DNA of 46,670 bases, filler included, from Jimgerdemannia flammicorona (taxonomy: Eukaryota), in the NCBI GenBank assembly GCA_003990765.1. It is 2 parts of 2 records of this genome, joined end to end, with 100 filler letters (N's around TTAATTAATTAA, not from the genome) between each part and the next. Parts side by side here need not be neighbours in the genome. Positions count along the whole stretch, not along the records: positions 1 to 23,288 come from RBNJ01001124.1; positions 23,389 to 46,670 come from RBNJ01001125.1. One strand, given 5' to 3'. The notes under the pieces were generated by a model. It ran no database searches, had not been told where the DNA came from, and worked only from the letters and a program-made list of their open reading frames with translations. Shown here in pieces: positions 14,070 through 26,117 of this stretch (its first letter is position 1; the number at the start of each line of letters is the position of its first letter). A program made the position numbers and the translations under genes.

Positions 14070-14551
14070 GCATCTATACCTGTTCTATCATCTTCATTAT
14101 CTGTACTAGGGTTACTCTATTCTATGAGCTCTTCTTCTTCTTCAGGGAATAGGATTTCAATAGTATTGATGAGGCTCAAATAGGTAGTAGGGTTCATTCC
14201 TTGAATATCATTTAGGGAGAACTGTGTCTGTGTCAGAGCTGTGACATTTCATTTGTAAATGGTGTACAGTCTGTCTGCAGCAGTAGTGTCTCTTCTGGTC
14301 AGACCAGTGGTGTTCCTGATGTAGGTCTGTTCTGGGGCTGGAAGGTTCTGCAATTGTTTGCCAATTGCATAATAGGCCTGTAGTTGGTGGACTTGTAGTA
14401 GGCACCTAGCCAAGGTGAGATTTTCTTGGTGAACTTGGATCTTCTGAAGGGGGTTTCCATTGGCTTGGCTGAATTGAGGTAGAGGAACTGGTAGGACCTG
14501 GAAGGAGCTGAGGACTAATATCTGGAGGTGCTGATCAATCCTTTGGCTCAT
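14070..14551 (-). pseudogene. Accessory ORF-X homologue in the ORF3 position (immediately after integrase tail)
   Basis: MSQRIDQHLQILV...PVPLPQFSQANGNPL...HQLQAYYAIGKQL...TAADRLYTIYK*NVTALTQTQFSLNDIQGM...EEEEE. Aligns by eye to the LTR-encoded ORFs at 30645, 34517, 35348 and 37664. 3' end approximate. Confidence 0.7.
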
Positions 14552-16228
14552 AGTACAGGAAAAAATATAGTTTGAGGTGATTGATGTATACTAGTGTTCT
14601 CAGGGTTCATCCATCCATGCTTCTTAAATAGATGCTAGTTCCTCTGATATTGTATACAAGATAAGGTCCTTCCCATTTGGGTTCCAGTTTGGTGGCAAAA
14701 TTTGTTTCAACCATGCTTCTCCAACCTAGTACTTGATCTCCAATCTTGATGGTGGTTCCAATTCTCTTCAGTCACTTCTTTTGTTGTCACATTCAGTGGC
14801 ATAATGTCCAAATTGTCCACAGTGGAAGCATTGGACTTGAGCTCTATCTTGGACAAGGTACCTTCTTCTTCTTGCTGGTAATTTCTGTTATCTCTTAGTG
14901 GATAATCTTGGCTCCTCTGTGGTGGGTATCCTCTATTGTCTTGGTAGCTCTGATTTTTACATATCATAAGTTTTTCAATCTGTCCAACCAATCAGTCTAA
15001 TTTGGAGCTGAGATCTTGGATTTTGCTTCTATCCTTCTTTCCTTCCTTGGCTGGCCTTCTTTCTTCAGATCTTTCTTGTCCTTGGAGGAGTCCTTGTAGG
15101 GCTTTGACCAGGATGTCTTCTTTCTCTTCTTTCCTATTATGATCACTCCAGGTAGTTCCTTATCTGATATCAAAGAATCCTTGGGTTGCATCTACTTGTT
15201 CTTCAGACCTTCTAATGCCTAGAGTGTGGACATGCTGGGCAATGTTTGGGGGAATTCCATTCATGAAGGTCATTGGACCTATGATGTCCTAGTTGGTGGC
15301 ATTGAACCTGACAGCATGCATTCTCTTCTGGATTCTTATGAAGAAGGCTCTAGGTGATTCTCCAAGATTCATCTTCATCCCCATGATGGATTCTTGAGCC
15401 TTGTGGTGGGTTTCATTTCCTGTATACTTTTTAATGAGCCAGTGGACCATAGCCTCATATTCTAGCTCATAAGACATTGCTGCTTGTATCTGTCTTGCTA
15501 GTTCTGAATCTGGGTTGTTTGCTGTTCAATAGAAAATTCCTCTGGCTGGTTCCCTGAGCTGAGCCTTGTAGATGGCGATTTTTCTTTCATCTGAGAGATT
15601 TCTCAAGGCTGCAATTCCTTCAATTCCATCAAGAAATTCTCTAGAGTCTTCCTCTGGATATCTTGCAAAGATTGGCAATGAGGTGGCCATTTCTTCATCA
15701 CTTTCTTCTGATTCTGGTTCAGGTTCGGATTCTGATTCTGATTCACTTTCTGAGCTATCACTGGAGGTGGGGGTACTTGGGTATCTTGAGGATGGTGTTC
15801 TGGACCTTAGACAAAGTGGAATAAGTCTAGGTATTCTTGTAGGAGCTACTTCCAAATCTGTGAGGGGTTGTGGTAAAGGTTCTATTGGTGAGATTGGTGG
15901 GGCTGGTATGGAGTGTCTGGCTGTAAGGTCTTGGGTTTGTGTAATAAAATCTTCTAGTTCTTATGCAAGTTCTTCGAAATATCTAGCAGGACTGCCTGTA
16001 TTGTCTGGTTGATCTGGTTGGGGATTTCAGGCTATACTGCCTTCTGGTTCTGGTTGAGATCCTTCTGATGCTGGGTAGTTAGTAAGTCTTGATGTAATTA
16101 CTTCTCTTCCTGTCCAAATGCTGGTGATGACTAGTTCTCCTATAGTGGCAGAGGTTGGTATTATGTCAAATATATCTAGTTTGACTGTGGGTTCTTGTGA
16201 GCTGAAAAGTCACATTGATTTGAAATCT

Positions 16229-16245
16229 TCTCAGTTGAGCTCCCA
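16229..16245 (-). promoter_or_regulatory. Primer-binding site, probably tRNA-Pro type
   Basis: TGGGAGCTCAACTGAGA lies 2 nt after the LTR end and differs only by transitions from TGGGGGCTCGACCGGGA, which resembles the tRNA-Pro PBS TGGGGGCTCGTCCGGGA. Confidence 0.65.
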
Positions 16246-16247
16246 AA

Positions 16248-17585
16248 TATAATGTGCCTGGCTCAATGGAGGCAAATTACAAGGTTGGGGGTTGATATAG
16301 TTTGGCTTGAGCCTCCAGTTACTTTGTCAAAAAGTAACAAAATTTTCTAAGATTCCTGGGGTCCTTGGTGTTTAGTAGTATAATAGTCAAAAGCTGGATA
16401 TCTGCAAGCAATTTCCTTATTGAGATGGTTCTCTGGATGTAGTGATGATTTGTGTGTAAACAGATTTCCTTTTTAGGTTAACAGGGAATTGGTGGAATTT
16501 GTGTGTAGTGTGATGATCTCCAAAAGTATGCAATTTCTGGGTGATGATCTTATATAGTATGATGATCTCTATACATGACAGTCTGGTAATTTAACAGTTC
16601 TCCTTATGTGATTTCTACATGATGATCTCTATATAGCATGACAGATTCCTTATGCAGGTCAACTGGGAATACCACAATTTGTACAGCATGACAATCTCCA
16701 AAAGTATATGATTTCTGGTGAATGACTCGATTTGGCTCACTGGGAATAGAGGATAGCATGGGTTCTTCTTACTGGAAATTACACTGGTGGCAGGTTCTCT
16801 GAATTGGGCTCACTGAGAACAAATAAATACCTCAGATGTCACAGATTCTTCCTAAGTCAGCAGTTTACTAGGAATACTACTTGGATGGTACAGGTTCTGG
16901 GAATGTGGATAACTCAAAAGTAGACAGATTCTCCTGAATTGGCAGGCTTCTGGAAAATAACTCAGATGGCATGGATTCTTCCTAAATCGGTGGGCTCTTC
17001 TGGGAATATGATGGTGCAGATTCTTCCTAAATCAGTGGCTTCAACTGGAAATATAGCAAATAACTTGGAAATGGCAGCAAAGTTCTTCCTTAAACTTGGG
17101 CAGCAAATCTTCAGACTTATCTGGCAAGTCAACCAAAAATGGACTTGTTCTTTATATCGGAAAGTGGACCAGAGTGGAAGAGAAGAGAACCAAGCTCACA
17201 ACTTCTTGGCAGTGGCTCATTGGCAGGTGTATCTCCTAAGTATTGCAATCCTTTCTGGATTAAGTGGCTTTTGGCCGATATTTCTCCTAAGTATACCAGA
17301 CAATTGACTTTGGCTTTGGTTTGTGTTCAACTTTCGGACTGAGGTTTATTCACTCTTAATTTATACAAGTTGGTTGCTATCTGGTTGCTATATGACTAAC
17401 TATAGATCTGTTACATACTTATGATAGGTATACAGAGTCTGTACAGGTAAACAGACCCTATCTGGTATTTCTGGCTAATTATAAGTATGGCAGCATGAGT
17501 AACTATGATATACTGGATGTCATACTGAGAGCCTACATTATCTGGTTAAGTATGCCAATTGTTTACATCATCTGGCTAAGTTATA
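16248..17585 (-). repeat. 5' LTR of family A element
   Basis: Inverted homologue of 2477-3773. Termini read TATAAC...CATTATA (TG...CA mutated to TA...TA). TATA and AATAAA at ~17370-17345. Confidence 0.85.
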
Positions 17586-17685
17586 ATTCAGGTGCCAAAA
17601 AAACACCTTTCACCAGCAAAATTCGGGTGACACAAGACTCAGACAACACTTTTCACTATGTTTTCGGTGTCCAGCGACTATCAAT

Positions 17686-19601
17686 ATGGATGGCAATAAT
17701 CGAACTGGTGAGTATACTAGCGAGGGAGGGGCCGGCGCCTTTGACTGGCAGCAGGTGGGGAGGAGTGGAGATGGTTTGGGGATATTGGGGGCCATGACAG
17801 CTAGCCAAGGTCCTGGTGGTGGAGGGAGGGGTGGGCTGAGACAGAGAGGGGGAGAGAGGTCGACCTTCACTGACAAGGTCAGAATGGGGAAGATGGCCCC
17901 AGGTCTGGATGAATGGCTGGGCCTGGGGAAGGTGTTGATGGCTGCTGCTGGGGGACAGAGAGGTGTACCCAGGAGAGTCTCAGGTGGCAGGGAAGGAGTG
18001 GGAGTAGGGGCTGGAGATGTGACTGTTGATGAGGCTGTGACTGGAGATCTGGCAAAAAATCCAGATGTGATGGCAGTTGACAATTCAGAACTAGGGGTGG
18101 GCATGAGGCCTGGGGACCTGGCAGATAGAGTGATGGGCATGGTGTCAGTCCTGTTACTCAAGAAGTTGAGGTCAGAATTCATAGTCATGATGTGCTTCCG
18201 GGGCTTAGTGGTGATGGCTAGGATGATTTTGGGGCTGGTGGTGCAGGAGGTGAAGGGAGCTGCATCAGTGAAGTTTTTGAGGGTTAAAGAAGGGGTTGAA
18301 GAGGGGTTTGAGGAGGAAGATGCCTTATTGGCGGCCATGGAGAAGGGAGTGATGATTGGTGGGGTTGTGGTCCCTATGGCCCGGTGCATGCACTGGGACC
18401 CCCGAGTGGTACAGTTGATGGTGTTGGATCTCCCTACCATGTCAAAGGAGAGGACCAGGGAGTTGGTTGTAGAGGCAATCAAGGAGTATGGAGAGATTGT
18501 GGATGTGTGGTTTAAGGTCTGGGAGGGCATGGAGCTTCAGACTGATGATGTTGATGTCAGGGTGAGGCTGGCTGGGAAGGAGAATACAGGGAAGTCAAGG
18601 GACTGGCCAGCGATGCTGAGGTGGGGACAGGTGGAGTATAAGGTCACAAGGGTGAAGGGGACTCAGGAGGAGGAGGAGGACCTGTTGGAGGCTCTGGAGG
18701 ACCTGGAAGGGGTGGTTGTGAGGAGGAGATTGGCCTGGAAGGAGTTTGAGGCTAGAACAGTAGTGGGGGAGGTGGATGGGAAGAGGGTCTGGATGGAGAA
18801 GGGGGCCTGGGAGAAGTTGCAGGGGAGGAGAATCCAGAAGGAGCTGCTGATGAAGTTGAGTGGGGGTTGGGCCAGTGGTAGCTCAGGGGAGGGAGTTGTA
18901 GGGTTGTAGGAGAGCACCTGGGCTGAGAGGGGAGAATTAGCCCAGGGTGAGGCTCCGACTAGAGTGAGGGTGGAAAGGGGGGGCAAGTTGGAGGCAGATG
19001 CTGAAATGGGTGAGGGTGTGCACCTTCAGTATAGTGTCCCGGGTGGAGCTGAGGGGGAGGAGGAGTTGCTGGATGTGCCAGACAAGGAGTGGGATGAGTC
19101 AGTGAGGAGGAGCGCACTGGTGGACCCTGAGGTAGATGGGGGACAAATCGCTCAGAGTGCGGTGGCAGCGGTGGATGAGGAGAAGTGGATGTGGAAGACC
19201 CTAGAAGGGGTTGCAGCTAAAGAGCTGGGGGGTGAGGATTTCAGGATGATGGAAGAGAGACATTGGGAGGAGATCCTTCAGGGGGTGGAGGTGCCGAGGA
19301 AGATGAGGAATGAGATCCTGGCTGTCCTCTTGGAGTTGGTTGAATATCAGGTGATGATCAGCATGAGGAGGAACTTAGAAAGATTGCGAGTAACAGGGCA
19401 CTTTTCTTATGGAGCACAAGGAAGGAACTGGAGAAGTGGTGTGCAGTCTGCTTGGACTACCAGTTGGATATGGAGGAAGTGGACAGGGTGGAATGTCAGG
19501 AAATCCTGGGGGCACTGGATGCTCAGGCTGTTGTGGAGAGTGACTTGGAAGCTAAACGGCACTTGGATCTGGCTGGGGATGAGATAAGCATAGAATTTTA
19601 G
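17686..19601 (+). pseudogene. LINE ORF1 (G/V/E-rich, no domain recognised), with stop and frameshift
   Basis: ORF track 17686-18909 and 18964-19587 are in one frame; the position upstream of ORF2 and conservation in the 7690-9558 copy support the call. Confidence 0.75.
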
Positions 19602-19631
19602 GCTGGGGTCTCTATTGCAACATTTTTCAAT

Positions 19632-22600
19632 ATGAACAGTATAATTAAGATATTCTTGTTGAATATTAATGGGTTATGGGGGGCAGCTAGGAGGAAGCAT
19701 ATATTTAGATGGCTTAAGGGACTGAATGCAGACCTCTTCTTGTTACAGAATGTTTGTTATGAGGCAGATGTGGACTTACTGGATTGGACTAAGGAATGGG
19801 GGGGCACGGCAGTTTGGAGGGGGAAAGTGTGTATTCTCATTCAGAAGGGGATGGGAGACATTGAGGATATTGGACATTGGGGGTCTAGTGTGGTATGGGA
19901 AATGTGGAGGAGGCCTGGATGGGGCTCATTGACAGTTGGGCCCTGTTACTGCCCAGCTGAGAGAGGAGAGAGGGTGGAGTGAATTCGCGGATTGAAGGAG
20001 GCTGGTGTATTGGGAGAAGTTGGGCTGGACTGTATGGGGGGTGACTTCAATATGATATGGGATAAGGAGTGGGATAGAATAGATGGAGGGAGAGGCATGT
20101 GGGGGGAAAGTGGTGGGTTGGGTGACTGGTTGGAGACAGAGAGGTTGTGTTCTCTAGTGGATTTAGGAAGACATTTTTGGGCTGAGCAGCAGATGTATAC
20201 CTACTGGGCAGCAGGGCTGGGCTCCAGGATTGACTGGGTCCTGACAGCAGAGTGTTGGGGAGTGGATGTCTGGTTGGCACTGGAAGTAGTATGGTGTCCA
20301 TGGTCTGATCACTGGGGGCTGCTTGGAGGGGGGAGGTTTGGGGGAAATGAGGATGGGCCTGGACATTGGCAGCTAAATTCTTCCTTGTTGGAGGATAGGG
20401 AGTTGTGGGAGGGCTGAAAAGTAGAGGTGGTGGGAAATATCAGTAGGTGGCATGAACAAGGCCTTGGGATTGAGGACTGCTGGAGATGACTGAAGGTGAA
20501 TGCTCAGGGGTATTGGAGGGAGGCAGGGAAAGGGAAGTGTGCTCAGCAAAGGCAGAGGGTGCTGTGGGCCTTGCAGCATCTGGCTACACTCATGGAGAGG
20601 TGGGCAGGTGTGCTGGAGAATTGGGACATGTCTGATTGGTATATTGTTAGAATCTGGCAGGAGGTAGAGGAGCTTAAAGGAGTGTTGCGAAGGGAGGAGG
20701 AGGTGAAAATGCAGGGAATAGTGGCCTGACTATGGTGGCAGGGGCTTGAGGAAGGGGAGAGGCCTACTATGTTTTTGTCACAATTGTTACAAGCATGATG
20801 AACGAAACAGCAGTGGGAGGGAGTTCTGGATGAGAATGGCAAGCTGGTGGTAGGGACTCTGGTGATTCTGGGCCTATTGAGAACCAGTTGAGAGAATCTA
20901 TAGAGTGAGGAGAAAGGTGGAATAGATGCTCTGGATGTTGAAAGACAGCTGGGGGATTGGCACCCAGACCCTGCAATGGGACTTGGGGCATTGGGGAACC
21001 TGGTGAGTGGCGAGGAAATTCACAGGGTTGTGGCCTTAATGAGTAAGGGGACAGCCCTGGGAGAGGATGAACTTCACTGGGATTTTTGGCAGAAGATGGC
21101 TGGGGTGGGTGAGGTGCTAGAGGAAATGACTGCTATGTATGATGGAGTTCATCGGTCTGGTGCCTGGATTGGGAGACAGAGCTTAGGGCTAGTCTCCTTG
21201 CTCTACAAGAATAAGGGGAGACGAGAGGACTGGAAGAACTAGTGGCCAATTATGCTTCTCGATATGGACCGCAAACTGGTGGCAAAGATCTTGGTGATGA
21301 GGTTGCAAGGAATCGCTCAGCAGGTACTTGGGGTGGAACAGCATGGGTTTGTCAGTGGTCAGTTGATTCGAGATGGGACAGCTTGGGTTCATGGAGTGAT
21401 TGAAGGTGCCTGGGCATCAGGAGTGGATGGCAGATTGGTGTTTCTGGACCAAGAGAAGGCCTATGATAGAGTGCAGAGGATATGGCTTGAGGGAGTGCTG
21501 AAACGAATTGGGATTCCCCCAGGGTTTCGAGGATTGTTGATCAGCCTCCTGGAAGACAGTTAGGTGGCATTGGTCATTAATGGCCACAGGGGGGTGACCT
21601 TTCCCCTGGGATGTGGGGTGCCACAAGGGGACCCATTGTCACCCATTTTGTATGCCCTTTCCCTAGAGCCTCTACTGGATAGAATTTGGTAGCAGATTGG
21701 GGGTTTGGACATTTTAGGGATTAATTGGAAGGTGGGGGCCTTTGCTGATGATATGGTGGTTGGGCTGGGCTCCTTGGTGGATGTGGGGGAGTTACAGAGG
21801 TCTGTGGATTGGTATGAGAGGGGTTCTGGTGCTAAACTAAACTGGCACAAATGCGAGACTCTGGTGCTAGGTGCTGGCATTGTTGGTGGCAATGTCATTG
21901 GGACAGTAGTACTGGCTGGTGAACCAGTGTGTTATTTGGGAATCTACTTTTCAGTGTTTGGGTCTCTTCTTCCCTGGGCATGGTGGGACTGTCAGCTTCT
22001 GGAGTGGGGAAATGTTCTGCTGCATTGGAGAGGCCGGCATATGTCTCTAGCCAGAAGAGTGATGGTACTGAATGTGTATTGGATACTGAAGCTATGGTAT
22101 GTGGGATATCATTTGGATTTCTCAATCTGGGTGGTCAAGGGGTTGATGAAGATGGCAAGGTCATGGATCTGGGGAGGGCAGCGAAGCCAGATTGGTTGGG
22201 AGGTGCTCACACTGCCCTTGGAAAGAGGTAGACTGGGCTTAGTGGACTTTACTAAGTGGCTTCTATGTCTGAGAGCTTGGTGGTTGTGAAGGATGAGTGA
22301 GCTTCAGGGTTGGGAGTGGGTGCTACTCATGCAGAGGTTGTGGGAGGTTTGGTACTCCCCACGTGGTGACTCAGGTGACCTGCTTGCGATGGTGGCCATG
22401 GAGGGGAGTAGGAGGATGCAGTTTACAGGCTTCTGGTGGAGGGTGGTGGATGGCGCTAAGAAAATTGGACTTCGCTGGTGAGGTGATGAGGCCGAGGAGG
22501 ATTGGGGACCACAGATGTGGCAGTGGGACAGGCTGCTACTGGGTGGTGTTCCGGTGGAGAGCTTTCAGCTTGGTGAGGGTCTGGAGTATCTGCGAGGCCT

Positions 22601-23288
22601 AGGTGGAGATTTATGGCCTGAAGCCTGGCAGAGGGTTGAAATTGGCAAGGAATGGGACTGGCATGGACTCTGGCTTTGGAGCAAAAGGGTGAGGCAGTGG
22701 CTGTCCCCCAAGTTCTGGATGGTGTGGTGGTGTGTCCTATGGTAGAATGTGATATTGAACTATCGGTCAGGGCACTTGGTAGATGGTGGGGTATTTGAGT
22801 GTGAGGATTGTTTCAATATTGGTCAGGAGGGAGGAGTGGTACAAATACCTGAACATTGGCTTGGTGAGTGTGAGGTTTTGGAGGAGTTTTGGAGATGTAT
22901 TATAGACCGGGTAGGGCTGGGTGCCTTGGAGGGAGGGGGAGGGGGGAGATGGGGAGAGCTCCCCCGGCGACTGGTGGGTGGGGTTGGGGATGAATAGCTG
23001 ACCCTTGGTTGGGCTTTGGCTATGTGGATTGGGTTGGCTGGGCATTGGGTTCATGTCTTTGAGGATGGGCATCGGGTTGGGGTTGGGGATAAGGTGGTGC
23101 ATTGGGATTGATTGCTGTTGGACATTTTGAATAGCTGGTGGCAGGGTTGGGGGCTGGGTGGGGGACACCACAGGGGTTTGGTATAGTGTATCTCTCGGAA
23201 GAGTGGTGGGAGGATTCAGATAGTGGGTAATTGGGTGGTGCTCGGGCAGGGGAGATAGAGGGGGGAGGGTTGGGTCCAAGGGGCATTG
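19632..23288 (+). pseudogene. LINE ORF2: apurinic endonuclease + reverse transcriptase + C-terminal CxxC...H...C
   Basis: APE motifs NINGL, GGDFN, SRIDW, SDH. RT motifs KN*WPIMLL, DQEKAYDRV, GVPQGDPLSP, AFADD. CEDC...EHWLGEC at ~22800-22871. Interrupted by several in-frame stops; end approximate. Confidence 0.93.
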
Positions 23289-23388
23289 NNNNNNNNNNNN
23301 NNNNNNNNNNNNNNNNNNNNNNNNNNNNNNNNTTAATTAATTAANNNNNNNNNNNNNNNNNNNNNNNNNNNNNNNNNNNNNNNNNNNN
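23289..23388. other. Artificial contig spacer (N44-TTAATTAATTAA-N44)
   Basis: Exactly 100 nt, with a six-frame-stop linker at 23333-23344. Confidence 0.95.
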
Positions 23389-23617
23389 GATAGGCTTTAT
23401 TAAGGGCTTTCAAATGACACCAAGATCATCAAATTTGGATGATTATTCATCAAATTATTGATGTAAACATTTAATTGTCTAATTTGGAAATCAAAACAAT
23501 GGTTGATTCGAATCCGATTCGAATCCGATTCGAATCCCATCCAAGTTGATCCGGATGGGATTCAATCCGAATCAATCCGAATCCAATCCGGATTAAATTG
23601 ACTCGTTAGGAGCACTA
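23389..23617. mobile_element. Right end of hAT-type non-autonomous DNA transposon (MITE)
   Basis: Ends ...GACTCGTTAGGAGCACTA (rc TAGTGCTCCTAACGAGTC, similar to the TIR at 43121). Subterminal (GATTCGAATCC)n repeats at 23515-23595. Abuts the interior of an LTR. Confidence 0.7.
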
Positions 23618-24084
23618 CTCAGAATCTAGGACTGGAACAATCTGAATACAACTTTTGAGTACTTCCCCACAATATTCCTTCACATAACTACTCCTAGTAT
23701 AGCAATATAATGAATAGCGAATAAACCTATTTAATAACCAAACCACTCTTAAGTAAATCCACTCCCTGTTAGGTCCTACTCCTAACCCCATCACGAAATT
23801 TCCTAATTGGGTATTGTCTGCAGTGATATACCAACTCAACTAAGCTGGTCTTAGTTTCTTGAACTTCCTGAAATATGGAAAATCCTGAACATTCAGAATT
23901 AGTCCAAAAAAGGACTTTAGTTGAGACATTAACCCGATCTTGAAATCAATAAGCATAGAGGATGTACTCCATATGAAATTGACCTTGACCATAAGAAAAC
24001 AGTCTTCCAGAATATCCAGAACTTCCAGAAAAATCCTTCTTGAACTATATAATGGTTACCCTAAAAAGCAACCCTCTGATAACT

Positions 24085-24096
24085 TGGTAGCAGTAG
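24085..24096 (+). promoter_or_regulatory. Primer-binding site, initiator tRNA-Met type
   Basis: TGGTAGCAGTAG lies 3 nt after the LTR end and is complementary to the ...CUGCUACCA end typical of initiator tRNA-Met. Confidence 0.8.
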
Positions 24097-26117
24097 TTTA
24101 CAATCCAATTCTGCATCAAGATGCTTCCTCACCCCACTACAAACCCCTCTGCAAATTCCTACAAGTTGGTATAAAGCCCAACCTCTGAACTGGAATTTAT
24201 CCTGAACCATTTGACAATTTGGAGAGAATTGAACCTGACATATAAGGACAATTTGATCTCCACACCTACAACAAGTGGGATAAACTTTATTCAAAGAAAA
24301 AAATACTCCAGTTAAATCAGCAAATAGGTGAAACCCTATTCACTGAACTCCTTGCACTACACCCAGAAAGTCAAGATGAAGAAGGTCTTATTGAAGCCTT
24401 CTTTACTCTCCTCAACAAGAGTTTTGTCAGCTTTACAAATCCGAATGACCTAGGACAACCAGCAGTAGTCTTTTTAGCCATAGTTCCTCACGAAGCCCAA
24501 GCCTCTGTAGCCAAGTGGCTCAACTCTACTGACTTTCACCATACCAGGACCAAGACCATATTATACTACCAATTCCAGAACAGTAAGGCCCACCATATTC
24601 TTAAAGAAGAAGCAAGAGAAACCCTTCATCAACTACCTGACCCCGAACCTGAAGCAGGCCCTGCTACAGCCCTACCTGAATCTGAAACCAACACTGAACC
24701 TGAACTTGACTTTGAATTAAGTCTATCTGAAATCAGATATACAACTAATTCCATCTACTTTGACACCGAGCAAACTCAATTACACAGAGACCAAACTGAA
24801 GAGGAGGAGGAGTATCTCAGTGAATTTGATCCTGGATATACCACCAAAGGAGAAGTACCTCCATCAGGACAGAATACACCTATACAGCAACAAACAGCTA
24901 TCTATCAAGCCCTTACTCCAGACCCACAACTACTACTCCAGCAACTTACACAGACTCAAAGAACACCCTCATACTCCACACCAGTACCTCAAGTAGTACC
25001 AGTAACACCACTACCAGCAGTCCAACTGCCTCTAGTAAACAATATGGTGAACCAATAGATTCTAGACCTTACAGCCCAGGTAGCCATAATGGTAGCAACC
25101 ATTACTGCCTTAGCTGAACAGACCTGATCTACCAAAAATCTGAGCCTACCTACCTTCAATAGTACTGTACAAGAAGTCCAAAGCTTCATTAGTATAGTTG
25201 ATACCAACTTTGAAGCCAATCAATAGACCAATGAGTGAGTTGCTGACCACATTCTGACAAATAATCAAAACCACACTCTGGAACAACTCTTTACTATCAC
25301 TACAGCCTATGTCTGCCAAGTTGTTACATTCTTCTGAGGACCTGCCAAAGAGTAGTGGTGAACCCTTCCTGAAAAACTCCTCACATGGGATACCTGACCT
25401 GCAGTAGTTGCTCAGAATGCAGCAAACAATGCCCCAGGATACAGAGCCCATCCTGCAGCCCCTGGACTCAAACAACTCATGATTGCTCAATACCACAGCA
25501 AAACCATGATTGCTGAATCTTGAGTAAAACTCTGCAACCTCAAATTTGATGTACATGGCAAAGAAGAATTCAAAACCTTCTATACAAAACTCGAGTCACT
25601 CCTGAACACTATTGGTCTAGGATATATTGCCAATGATGAAGTATGAAATGGTACAAGAGCAGACCATTTATTTGATGCACTGCCTGAATGGCTTACTAGA
25701 AAAATCTGAGAACAAGGCTGCTTGGTTGGTTGTAATCACCAACAATAGTGCCTGGCAAGAATCAAGACTATGGTCAAGCAAATTCTAACAGCTGGACCAA
25801 TTCTGCCCTGAAGACAATTCAACAACAAGGAAAAGACTTGGACCAAGAAAGAAGAACCCAAGCATGAAGCATCCTGAGCTCCCTCCACATCTATCTCTTA
25901 GACACTCAGAAATCATGAATCCACCCAGCTGAGTACCTTCAAGAAACTCACTGAAGGCAAAAGGAATGAACTTCAAAGAAGCAGAGCATGCTTCTATTGC
26001 TGAAAGACAGGACACATGGCTAGCACCTGCTCTAACCGAAAACTCCAAACAGCAACATGAACAACCATTACTACTCTGCACTACCTCAACAACCTGACCA
26101 CCAGAACACTGGACTTT

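Larger units (their letters stand above)
14070..17585 (-). mobile_element. Ty3/Gypsy family A element with pol deleted: 5'LTR - PBS - gag - integrase GPY/F tail - ORF-X; 3' end lost
   Basis: LTR 17585-16248, PBS 16245-16229, gag (MATSLPIFARYPEEDSREFLDGIE), CCHC knuckle CFHCGQFGHYATEC (~14830-14789) followed directly by an IN C-terminal KIGDQVL...KLEPKWEGPY (~14750-14662). No PR/RT/RH/IN core is present. Confidence 0.85.
17606..23288 (+). mobile_element. L1/Tx1-like LINE, best-preserved copy; runs into contig end
   Basis: 5'UTR shared with the 7606 copy; ORF1 followed by ORF2 with APE, RT and a C-terminal Cys/His motif. Confidence 0.93.

Noticed and set aside
13400..14070. Possible host gene remnant or ncRNA
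   Set aside because: No recognisable motif, convincing ORF or structure; left unannotated, as is the AT-rich relic at 36659-37407.
14619..14630. TATTTAAG as a dedicated promoter for ORF-X in family A
   Set aside because: It lies inside the integrase-tail reading frame (SIYLRS), so it is explained as coding sequence.
2477..17585. 1.3-kb inverted repeats as TIRs of a 15-kb DNA transposon or Polinton-like element
   Set aside because: One copy is followed by a PBS and gag, so these are LTRs in opposite orientation; no shared TSD and no transposase or polymerase between them.
17610..18530. 306-aa minus-strand ORF (and similar P/S/T-rich ORFs such as 22767-23279 and 15572-16012)
   Set aside because: Antisense shadows of strand-biased transposon coding sequence; no independent motifs.
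5250..23288. Sequence-specific (Tx1-style) targeting explaining three co-oriented LINEs
   Set aside because: Flanks and TSDs are unrelated (LTR-element gag region versus AT-rich DNA); no common target seen.
23289..23388. TTAATTAATTAA palindrome as a biological site; linkage across the gap
   Set aside because: It is a symmetric 100-nt assembly spacer; the two halves of the window need not be adjacent in the genome.
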